Virus record (IMG/VR): IMGVR_UViG_2124908030_000016
DNA length: 35,618 bases
Source of the DNA: an uncultured virus (IMG/VR IMGVR_UViG_2124908030_000016)
Lineage: Duplodnaviria; Heunggongvirae; Uroviricota; Caudoviricetes
Strand: one strand, 5' to 3'
In this document: in pieces, positions 28,015-35,491 of the stretch
How positions within the stretch are numbered: the first letter of the stretch is position 1
Layout of the letters: each line of letters begins with the position of its first letter
The notes under the pieces: generated by a model
What the model was told of the DNA's origin: nothing
Database searches by the model: none
What the model saw: only the letters and a program-made list of their open reading frames with translations
Program-made: the position numbers and the translations under genes

Positions 28015-28292
28015 GTAGCGAGGGAGAGCTGTTCTGTCGCAATCATATCCCCGAGGTCCTCGACGACGTGGACCGTATCACCGACGTCCCGGTGAAGTAC
28101 TGGACGTCGACGGAGCAACGACTTCCCGGTGAAGTCGAACTGGAAGCGGTCGTCAACAAACGGGAAGAACAGATCCTCGTTCAGCTGGAGTCGACGATCA
28201 AAAGAGACCTGACAGGAGGAGAGTACATCGGAAAGAAAGTAACCGGGTACGAGATCGTCGACGGCGCAGAGTCACAGGAAGTACAGCAATGA
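28011..28292 (+). CDS. hypothetical protein, paralog of 7257-7562
   Basis: VQLESTIKRDLTGGEYIGKKVTGYEI. Confidence 0.7.
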   Translation: MSSEGELFCRNHIPEVLDDVDRITDVPVKYWTSTEQRLPGEVELEAVVNKREEQILVQLESTIKRDLTGGEYIGKKVTGYEIVDGAESQEVQQ

Positions 28293-28353
28293 CTGACAAG
28301 CAGACACTCGAACAGAAGGCGTTCGACGACCTCGACGAGATCGCAGACGACAA

Positions 28354-28644
28354 ATGACTCACCTACACGTCACCTTTGACGGCGACGACCCGGACGTCGA
28401 TTTCCCACTGGAGGTTCGTGGGATTGGCGAGTTCCTGTTCGAACAGGCAGGTGGCAACCTCGTCGAGATGTCCGACAAGGAAAAACGCGACTTCGAGATG
28501 TTCGTCGCCGACACCACAGCTCGAGAGGCCATCAACCAGGCACTGGAGATCGCTGACAGCGCACCGACGTTCGACCACGTGTCTGCCTCGGCGGTGGACA
28601 GAGCGAGTGACACGGTGACCGTCGAGTACACCATCGACCAATGA
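28354..28644 (+). CDS. hypothetical protein
   Basis: 96 aa; acidic. Confidence 0.7.
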   Translation: MTHLHVTFDGDDPDVDFPLEVRGIGEFLFEQAGGNLVEMSDKEKRDFEMFVADTTAREAINQALEIADSAPTFDHVSASAVDRASDTVTVEYTIDQ

Positions 28645-28712
28645 AACAGGACCACCCCGATGGCGAAGTCGTGCCCGACAGCGAGATTGAACGTCGCTCG
28701 ATCAACGACTAA

Positions 28713-28790
28713 CCGTTCCTGCGCGACACCGCAGTAGTCCGTATCGCTTCCCTCCGGTTAGCGATAGAACTATCTGCGTGTCACGCATAC
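28713..28790 (+). repeat. hairpin element, copy 9 (subtype alpha)
   Basis: After TAA; TGCGCGACAC-C-GCAG-TAGT..TATCGCT..AGCGATA..ACTA-T-CTGC-GTGTCACGCATAC. Confidence 0.95.
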
Positions 28791-28797
28791 AGTCAGA

Positions 28798-29223
28798 ATG
28801 CGAATGTCAGACTCAAACTACCAGACGTACGACCCGTGCCCACACTGTGGGTCAGAGGGACCGTTCCGACAGACAATCAGTCAGCAGGAAGATCTCGAGG
28901 TCGAAGACGGCGCAGTCACCGATATCGTTCCAGACGGATCAACGTACACAGTCACCGAACTGTTCTGTGTCGGATGTGACCAGGAGATCCTCGAAAACTC
29001 CGCACCGTCGCTCGACAGCGAGGTCTGGACAGAGTTCCAGATAGGAGCCGAGGGACTCAGTGTCACGCTGTATCGAGGCACCGACAGGCCAACCGTGCTC
29101 GACGAGATGTGGCAGGCCTGGGCAGAGGTCGTTCCCGAAGGCATCGAGCCAGGCCACTGGCAGATCATCAGTGAGGCGCTGAACGGCCGAGAACACGAGC
29201 GGTTCATCCTCGAAGATAGATGA
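28798..29223 (+). CDS. zinc-ribbon protein
   Basis: DPCPHCGS..CVGC. Confidence 0.7.
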   Translation: MRMSDSNYQTYDPCPHCGSEGPFRQTISQQEDLEVEDGAVTDIVPDGSTYTVTELFCVGCDQEILENSAPSLDSEVWTEFQIGAEGLSVTLYRGTDRPTVLDEMWQAWAEVVPEGIEPGHWQIISEALNGREHERFILEDR

Positions 29224-29615
29224 GTGAAATCGGCGACCTGATCGAAGGCGCACAGGACCCAGAAACAGTGTTCACGCTCACTGTCGAGATGGCAATTGCA
29301 GACCTGACAGCGTACATCAAACATCACCCAGACAAGATCGAAGAGCTCGGTGGCGTCAGCGACTGGCTCATCGACGTCGCATTGAGCACCGTCATCGAAC
29401 CAGTCCTCAAGGAGTACGGATCCACCACACACACCCAGATCATCGAAGGACAACTGGAGAACCGTGGGATGGAAGCACTCAACGCCAGAAACGGCCTCCA
29501 ACAGTCACTGCTGCTCGACGCATCGATCGCTGTCAGGAACGAGGCAGAGATCCGGATGAACAACCGTCGAGTCATCGACACCGGCCGAACGGAGCGATAC
29601 GGATGGAACAACTGA
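29220..29615 (+). CDS. hypothetical protein
   Basis: ATGA overlap. Confidence 0.7.
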   Translation: MSEIGDLIEGAQDPETVFTLTVEMAIADLTAYIKHHPDKIEELGGVSDWLIDVALSTVIEPVLKEYGSTTHTQIIEGQLENRGMEALNARNGLQQSLLLDASIAVRNEAEIRMNNRRVIDTGRTERYGWNN

Positions 29616-30001
29616 AACGAGCAATCGTCGACGCACCCACGGACCGAGTTGCATTCGACCTCGCTGTCGAAGCACTCGTCCTCAAGGTCACAGAGATAGT
29701 CGAAGAACAGCGAGCGTACCTCGAAGCCAACCCGGACGACTTCGACCACACGGAGGCACCATACGGGTTCCACCCCGAGGATCCAGATGAAGTACTACAG
29801 TCCGGGGACCACGGTGCAGTGATGGGTGCCATCAGCGATTTCGCCCGTCAATTCGATACTGACCACCTCGTCCGCATCGTCGATGGCCGAATCGTCGAGA
29901 CCGGCTTCGAGGTTGTCGGCAGTGGGCCGAACGACCTCGAAAACGGAGATTCGGATTCGAAGCAGAGATCTGGCTCCGCAACGAGCTGGAGCTCCGACTG
30001 A
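29603..30001 (+). CDS. hypothetical protein
   Basis: Acidic; overlapping. Confidence 0.65.
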   Translation: MEQLKRAIVDAPTDRVAFDLAVEALVLKVTEIVEEQRAYLEANPDDFDHTEAPYGFHPEDPDEVLQSGDHGAVMGAISDFARQFDTDHLVRIVDGRIVETGFEVVGSGPNDLENGDSDSKQRSGSATSWSSD

Positions 30002-30052
30002 TGGACCGCAACGTCATCGAGATCTCGCGGGACCCCTACCGAGTCGACAGAG

Positions 30053-30277
30053 ATGAGTGACACTACAAACGTGACGAAGAAGGTCATCCAGATCGCTGGA
30101 TTCCCGACGAGAGTCGCACACCCCGAACACGGCGAGATACTGATCGTGGACGCGACGCAGACCCACGCGTACGGCAAGTGGTACTACGCCTACGTCGTCC
30201 CCGGCGAGGACGACGGCGGACTGATCCGCGACAACACGACCGAAGTCGCCATCCTGGAGGAGCCTCTCGATGAGTGA
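30053..30277 (+). CDS. hypothetical protein
   Basis: 74 aa. Confidence 0.65.
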   Translation: MSDTTNVTKKVIQIAGFPTRVAHPEHGEILIVDATQTHAYGKWYYAYVVPGEDDGGLIRDNTTEVAILEEPLDE

Positions 30278-30446
30278 CAAACACAACTGCCTCGCGAACG
30301 CAACACCCGTGATAGACAGGCAGATCGACGGCGAGCCGATACTGTCGGCAACGCTCGGCGACCAGGTCGAAGTGTACGTCTCCTGTCGGAAGTGCGGACA
30401 GGACCTGACACTGTCGTACGGATACGTAGACAGTGAAACCCGATGA
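30270..30446 (+). CDS. 58-aa HxC..CxxCG microprotein
   Basis: MSDKHNC..CRKCGQ; overlaps both neighbours. Confidence 0.55.
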   Translation: MSDKHNCLANATPVIDRQIDGEPILSATLGDQVEVYVSCRKCGQDLTLSYGYVDSETR

Positions 30447-30946
30447 GCATCATCGGCTTCCTGCACGCCGAGAACACGGATCGACCCGTCGCACCAAGGC
30501 GGTCCAGAATGGGCGGGTCCTACACAGGAACCGGATACGCCGGCTGGATGGTCGAAGACGCTGTCATCGTCTGCAACTCGTGCGCTGAAGCACGGTACAA
30601 CTTAGACGACGCGCACCCGGTCTTCACGGACAGCGAGACCAGGTACCCAGGGACAACCTGTATGGATCACACCGACTGTGAGGCGTGTCCTGACCAGCAA
30701 GGTGACGCACTACTCCCAGAGACAATGTTGGTCAACGAAGGCGACCTCTTCCACGTGTCCGACCGAGAGATGTGGAGCCTGGACGTAGACAGCAAGGCCC
30801 CTGAGTCGGCCGTCAGTGAGGTCCTACGGCAACGGGACCGAATACGGTATGAAGCGCCCGACTGGTTAGCTGACACGCGTGCAGGGCACGTCTCGGACCA
30901 GCCAAACGTCCCAGAGATGGGATCGAGGTACACACAAAATGAGTGA
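30443..30946 (+). CDS. hypothetical Cys-rich protein
   Basis: CNSC, CMDH, CEAC. Confidence 0.65.
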   Translation: MSIIGFLHAENTDRPVAPRRSRMGGSYTGTGYAGWMVEDAVIVCNSCAEARYNLDDAHPVFTDSETRYPGTTCMDHTDCEACPDQQGDALLPETMLVNEGDLFHVSDREMWSLDVDSKAPESAVSEVLRQRDRIRYEAPDWLADTRAGHVSDQPNVPEMGSRYTQNE

Positions 30947-31003
30947 CAACATCAACATCCAGATACGAGAGGAACTGGCGCGCGAGCTCGAGGTGCGTGT
31001 CAA

Positions 31004-31399
31004 ATGACCGACGACACGTTCGACGCCGACGAAGAGAGCGTGACAGACGCCTGGGAAGGCGCGTACATCTACACGAGCTGGGGCTACAACCGTACTACCG
31101 TCAACTTCGCACAGATCGTCGACGTCTCCGGCTCGGGCAAGACAGTCGTCGCACGGCTGGTCCACGCCGACGTCGTTGAGAACGAGCGAGGGTCACAGCA
31201 GATGCGACCAGATGCAGAGCAGTACGGAGACGCGTTCCGACTTCACGTTCGAGCAGTCCGGAGCGACCCGTCGTTCCGTGGGTCGTACCCGTTCGCGACC
31301 GGCGACGAGGACGACGGCACCCGGCTGGACAGCTTCTTGCCGTTCGATAACAGCCCCGACAAGACCGTCCACCAGACGCCTCCGAACCACGGCCACTAA
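31004..31399 (+). CDS. mobile-element hypothetical protein with SWGY..T.VNF.Q motif
   Basis: YTSWGYNRTTVNFAQIV. Confidence 0.7.
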   Translation: MTDDTFDADEESVTDAWEGAYIYTSWGYNRTTVNFAQIVDVSGSGKTVVARLVHADVVENERGSQQMRPDAEQYGDAFRLHVRAVRSDPSFRGSYPFATGDEDDGTRLDSFLPFDNSPDKTVHQTPPNHGH

Positions 31400-31484
31400 C
31401 GAGGACCACATCGCCCGCCTCAGCCTCAGCCAGTCGATGCTAACCAACAGTGCCGGAAAGAACTGGCCTGTGTTGGTTAGTGAA

Positions 31485-31562
31485 CCGTTCGCGCGCGTCA
31501 GCGCACTATCCCTTCTGACTCCCTACTGGTCGTCAGAAGAAATATGTACGCGACGCGCGTAC
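31485..31562 (+). repeat. hairpin element, copy 10 (divergent gamma)
   Basis: CGCGCGTC..GCAC-TAT..CTTCTGAC..GTCAGAAG..ATA-T-GTAC..GACGCGCG-TAC; outer stem compensated. Confidence 0.9.
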
Positions 31563-31596
31563 GACACACGATGCCGAAACTAAACAGTAAACACAG

Positions 31597-32043
31597 ATGA
31601 CACACAGACCCTTCGAGTTCGAGAACCCACCAGCGTGGCCGAATCCAAAGTGGACACCGAAGCAGGAACAGAACTGGATCGACCACATCGAGCCGGTCTA
31701 CAGTCGCATAGAAAGCGAGCTCGGTCGACGAATCTTCAGAGCTGTCTGGCGCCCGAAGAAGCGTGGTGACGGCTGGATGAAGCGCGAGCACGTCAAGCTC
31801 GGGACTCCAGAGGACTACGTCGAGGAGAACGTCAGCGACCTGTTCACGCCGATGACCGACATCACCTCGGTGATGATGCGCCAGGTCGGCCGGTACGACG
31901 TCAGCCGAGAGACGCTGGACGAGGCCGTCGATGCGATCCGGAAGGCCCGTCTCAAGCACCTGGCCGACAACAACCCCGAGCGAGCACGCCAACTGCTCGC
32001 GAACACCGCGTACGAAGCAAGTCTCTACGGAGTCGGGAGATGA
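31597..32043 (+). CDS. hypothetical protein
   Basis: 148 aa after the repeat. Confidence 0.7.
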   Translation: MTHRPFEFENPPAWPNPKWTPKQEQNWIDHIEPVYSRIESELGRRIFRAVWRPKKRGDGWMKREHVKLGTPEDYVEENVSDLFTPMTDITSVMMRQVGRYDVSRETLDEAVDAIRKARLKHLADNNPERARQLLANTAYEASLYGVGR

Positions 32044-32162
32044 ACTGTAAGCACTGTGGAGGCCGACTCTCGATCGGCGACGTCGCAATGATCATCTCAC
32101 GACGACAAGAGAAGATCTGCACGAACTGCATCGCAGAGACAACACGGAGACGGTCAAAATGA
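32040..32162 (+). CDS. 40-aa Cys4 microprotein
   Basis: MNCKHCGG..ICTNCIAE; ATGA overlaps. Confidence 0.6.
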   Translation: MNCKHCGGRLSIGDVAMIISRRQEKICTNCIAETTRRRSK

Positions 32163-32296
32163 ACAACTGTGATTTCTGTGGTCGTGAAATCGACGACTAC
32201 GAGGCACGAGTCGGCGCAGAGTTCCACGAAGACGACGAACCAATCTGCACGAAGTGCATTGCAGAGGAGATGATGAACGAACTCGGGGCCCGCTAA
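32159..32296 (+). CDS. 45-aa Cys4 microprotein, similar to the previous one
   Basis: MNNCDFCG..ICTKCIAE; TAATG coupling. Confidence 0.6.
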   Translation: MNNCDFCGREIDDYEARVGAEFHEDDEPICTKCIAEEMMNELGAR

Positions 32297-32706
32297 TGGA
32301 CCTCACACAAGAGCGACACGAGCCAGCTGTCGGTGACATCTACGAGACAAGCCGTGACGACGTCTACCAGGTGCTGTACATCGACGATCAGATGGTTCTG
32401 CTCCGCGATTCGGACGAAGGTCGAAACGGTGACAACATCCACCGGATGGAGCGCCGTGTGAACTTCACGAAAGAGGTCGATGCAGGATTCTTCGAGCACC
32501 AACCTGACTCGAGTCTCGATATGATGGACGAGGCAGAGCGTGATTGGACTGACGTCGACCTGATCGGTGCCAAAACAGCAGAGAACCTGTACGATGCCGA
32601 GTGCAAGACGGGCCTCGACATCCAACAGGCCGATGACGACGAACTTCTCGAGGTCAGTGGCGTCGGTATGGCCGGCCTCCAGAACCTGAAAGAGTTCACA
32701 GGATGA
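32296..32706 (+). CDS. C-terminal tandem helix-hairpin-helix protein
   Basis: VDLIGAKTAENL..DDELLEVSGVGMAGLQNL. Confidence 0.75.
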   Translation: MDLTQERHEPAVGDIYETSRDDVYQVLYIDDQMVLLRDSDEGRNGDNIHRMERRVNFTKEVDAGFFEHQPDSSLDMMDEAERDWTDVDLIGAKTAENLYDAECKTGLDIQQADDDELLEVSGVGMAGLQNLKEFTG

Positions 32707-33065
32707 CACATCCAGACATCGGAAATCTGACCGAGACCCAGCGAGAGCGCATCGTCCGCGACGTGATCAATCACAAGAGCGAGTCGCGAGCGATCAGCAA
32801 GGAGACGTACAGAGAGGAAGACATCGAGCGGGACAGAGAGCAGTTCAGCACGATGAGCGACGACGAGTTAGTCACGTTCTGGTCTGGGCAGGTCGGCGAG
32901 TGGATCTGTTCGATCGGTGGCGAGTACCCCTCGTTCATCGAGGCGTGGGAAGACGTCAGAGGCGAGTACGAGCATCCAGCGGAGTGGCAACTGGACGTCC
33001 TGCTCGACCACGGTGACGTCAACTACGGCTACCAGTTCCCCGTGTACGAGATGCCCTACAACTGA
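32703..33065 (+). CDS. hypothetical protein
   Basis: ATGA overlap. Confidence 0.7.
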   Translation: MTHPDIGNLTETQRERIVRDVINHKSESRAISKETYREEDIERDREQFSTMSDDELVTFWSGQVGEWICSIGGEYPSFIEAWEDVRGEYEHPAEWQLDVLLDHGDVNYGYQFPVYEMPYN

Positions 33066-33244
33066 TGCCAACCAAACCAAAGACCCTCGCAGAGAACCTG
33101 AAGAAGAAGAATCCGGACGCGAACATCGACCGAGAGTCGACGTGCAAGGACTGTCGGTCCAGAATCGCTCTCGAAGAACTGTACTGGTACAAGCGTCAGT
33201 CGTGGCGCTGCACTGATTGCCATCCGCACTTCAACGAACAGTGA
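33065..33244 (+). CDS. 59-aa Cys4 microprotein
   Basis: CKDC..CTDC; coupled on both sides. Confidence 0.6.
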   Translation: MPTKPKTLAENLKKKNPDANIDRESTCKDCRSRIALEELYWYKRQSWRCTDCHPHFNEQ

Positions 33245-34092
33245 CGACTCCAAACATCGACGACATCCTCGACAGCATCGCATCGCTCGCAGACACACCA
33301 GATGACGAAGACGGCCCATACGACCCAGTACTCGTGTTTGCAGGAGAGGACCTCCCAGACTACAGAGAGAAGCTCCCAGCAGACAACGACCTGATCACCA
33401 AGCACGGCGAAGTTGGCGACGTCAAGTTCTTCGAATACCACCCCCGGATGTGGCACTTCGACGAGGGCGCGTTCGTCCTCGCCGACGGGGACCTGGACTA
33501 CGACGATTACGACTACATCCCGGAGTTCGAGGTCACCATCGAGCCCGACGACTACGTGGCGTACCGACTGGTCGCGCCGATGCTCCACGGCGACGAAGAC
33601 CTGTCGTTCACCCTAGAGTTTAGTGTCGGGGACGAACTGGAGCTTGATATGCCGTTCCGACACAGCCGGTTCAGCCGGCACGAACTCAAGGACCCGGACC
33701 ACACCGGGGAGTTCGTCCCCGACATCGACGAGGACTACGAGGCGTTCGTCGAGTACGTCGCCGAGCGCAACCGACTGGTCGACGGCGCCTCGCCCTACCA
33801 CCTCACGGGAGTGATAGTCTCGGGCATCGAGGACATCGGGTACAACAGCGAGAGCCAGAAGTTCGCGCTCACCTACGCCTGTGAGCCGTACCTGCCGGGC
33901 TCCGAAGAGCGCCTCTGGCCCAGGGACGTCCTCACGGCATATCCCGACTACCCCATCGAGCTCGAGAACAGTGACGTCGACAGCGTCTACGACCTCGCCC
34001 GAGCGGTACTCGCGAAAGACATCGAGGCGTACTACGAGCGCAACAACCTCTACGACTCCAACGACGACCTGATCCTCGTCGACCCGCAATAA
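33241..34092 (+). CDS. hypothetical acidic protein
   Basis: GTGA overlap; 283 aa. Confidence 0.75.
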   Translation: MTTPNIDDILDSIASLADTPDDEDGPYDPVLVFAGEDLPDYREKLPADNDLITKHGEVGDVKFFEYHPRMWHFDEGAFVLADGDLDYDDYDYIPEFEVTIEPDDYVAYRLVAPMLHGDEDLSFTLEFSVGDELELDMPFRHSRFSRHELKDPDHTGEFVPDIDEDYEAFVEYVAERNRLVDGASPYHLTGVIVSGIEDIGYNSESQKFALTYACEPYLPGSEERLWPRDVLTAYPDYPIELENSDVDSVYDLARAVLAKDIEAYYERNNLYDSNDDLILVDPQ

Positions 34093-34095
34093 CCA

Positions 34096-34172
34096 CCGTT
34101 CCTGCGCGACACAGCAGTAGTCCTTCCGGCGCCCTTCGGTTGCCGTTAGAACTATCTGCGTGTCACGCATAC
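34096..34172 (+). repeat. hairpin element, copy 11 (subtype alpha)
   Basis: 3 nt after TAA; TGCGCGACAC-A-GCAG-TAGT..ACTA-T-CTGC-GTGTCACGCATAC. Confidence 0.95.
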
Positions 34173-34181
34173 AGAAATCTG

Positions 34182-34340
34182 ATGAGATGTGCTCATTGTG
34201 AGTCACGGATCCAGTCGGATCGCTTCCTCGAACTCCAGCCCTGTACGACAAGCAGTACAGACGAGCTGGTCCGGGAGAACATCGCGTGGTTCGTCCACAC
34301 CGAGTGTGCGCCCGGCCTGATCGAGGCGCGCTTCGAATGA
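34182..34340 (+). CDS. small CxxC..HxxC protein
   Basis: MRCAHC..HTEC. Confidence 0.6.
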   Translation: MRCAHCESRIQSDRFLELQPCTTSSTDELVRENIAWFVHTECAPGLIEARFE

Positions 34341-34669
34341 ACCACGCAAGCATCCTGAACGCACGACGTGCGCTGTCGAGAGCGCTTCAGAAAGACACCA
34401 TCGACGTCGACGAGGTCGACCGTGCGATAGAGCTCCTCGACCAGGAGCTCGCCCGAAAAGACCTCTACGCAGACTCGGGGACAGACTACCTCGACATCAA
34501 ACTCGACGGAAAACTGATCGTGAAAACTGATCACGACCCGGACAACGATGTCGTCAAAGTAGCAGTCCGCGAACCCGGTGGAAACGCCCAGCGTGAGCTC
34601 GAGAAGTTTAGGATCGACGTCGAGGGGGTCATCGACACCGAAGTTGTCGACCTGACCAACGCGGAGTAA
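34337..34669 (+). CDS. hypothetical protein
   Basis: ATGA overlap. Confidence 0.7.
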   Translation: MNHASILNARRALSRALQKDTIDVDEVDRAIELLDQELARKDLYADSGTDYLDIKLDGKLIVKTDHDPDNDVVKVAVREPGGNAQRELEKFRIDVEGVIDTEVVDLTNAE

Positions 34670-34678
34670 CACCATACA

Positions 34679-35491
34679 ATGACAGACGACCCACTCACTC
34701 AGTACACAGTGGAACTGCTCGCAGAGAAAGCCATCGAGACGTTCCATCAGGATGCGTGCCGGCCCACACCGGACACTGTCCGCGGAATCATCGAGAAAGA
34801 CCTCGAGGATCACGACATCGATCCAGACGACAACCACAAACTCACGCAGAAAATCGTCAACAAGGCAATAGACCAGCTCATCTCGCTAATCATCACCGAG
34901 GTCGAGGAATACCTCAACGAACGTCAGCTCGAGCGAGATGACGACCAGGTCAAGGATGCCGTCTACGATGTGTTCCATCAGAACAACATCGATCCCAACG
35001 AACACACGGCGTTCTACGGCAGTGTCATCTCCAACGCGAAGAACGAACTCGGGATGACGACGACCACCAGAGACCCAGAAGAAGAGGATGTCGTCGTCGG
35101 CCAGCGTGTCAAAATGGGAACCGACGCCAGCCCGTGGTACACCATCACGAGTGTGGGTCGGTACGAGGGTATGCTTCACTTCGCCGGTGAGACAGAGGAC
35201 GGAGAAACGGTCGCTGGACGAACCCGAGGTGAGATACACAAGATGGAGGTCAGCAAAGTCGACCTCTGGGAGCCCGAATTCATCGAGTTCGAAAACAACT
35301 GGCCCGTCTTCGACTGCGACCCCTGTCCGTGCTGTGGGTCGGGGTCAATCACGATGCAGTACGACGTGAGTGCTCAGTTCGACGGCACGAAAGACCTCAA
35401 CTTCCGCATCGACATTCCGAACGAACTCGTCTGCGTCATCTGGGCACGATGCAATGGCTGTTCGACGGTTCTCCACGAAGGAGAACGATGA
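34679..35491 (+). CDS. hypothetical protein with C-terminal zinc ribbon related to 14294-14767
   Basis: DCDPCPCCGS..AQF.G..RCNGCSTVLHE. Confidence 0.7.
   Translation: MTDDPLTQYTVELLAEKAIETFHQDACRPTPDTVRGIIEKDLEDHDIDPDDNHKLTQKIVNKAIDQLISLIITEVEEYLNERQLERDDDQVKDAVYDVFHQNNIDPNEHTAFYGSVISNAKNELGMTTTTRDPEEEDVVVGQRVKMGTDASPWYTITSVGRYEGMLHFAGETEDGETVAGRTRGEIHKMEVSKVDLWEPEFIEFENNWPVFDCDPCPCCGSGSITMQYDVSAQFDGTKDLNFRIDIPNELVCVIWARCNGCSTVLHEGER

Noticed and set aside
8401..34172. Hairpin repeats as a CRISPR array
   Set aside because: Repeats are 77-78 bp, divergent, and separated by 0.35-4 kb of genes; no cas genes
8401..34172. Hairpin repeats as tRNA genes (similar length)
   Set aside because: Single long stem rather than a cloverleaf; no T-loop GTTCRA or D-loop GG consensus
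8401..34172. Canonical integron attC sites
   Set aside because: No consistent RYYYAAC/GTTRRRY boxes closing the stem, units are multi-gene, and no IntI in the window; kept only as an analogy
8401..34172. MITE/IS or REP insertions
   Set aside because: No target-site duplications or transposase seen; uniform orientation and strict placement at operon boundaries argue against random insertion
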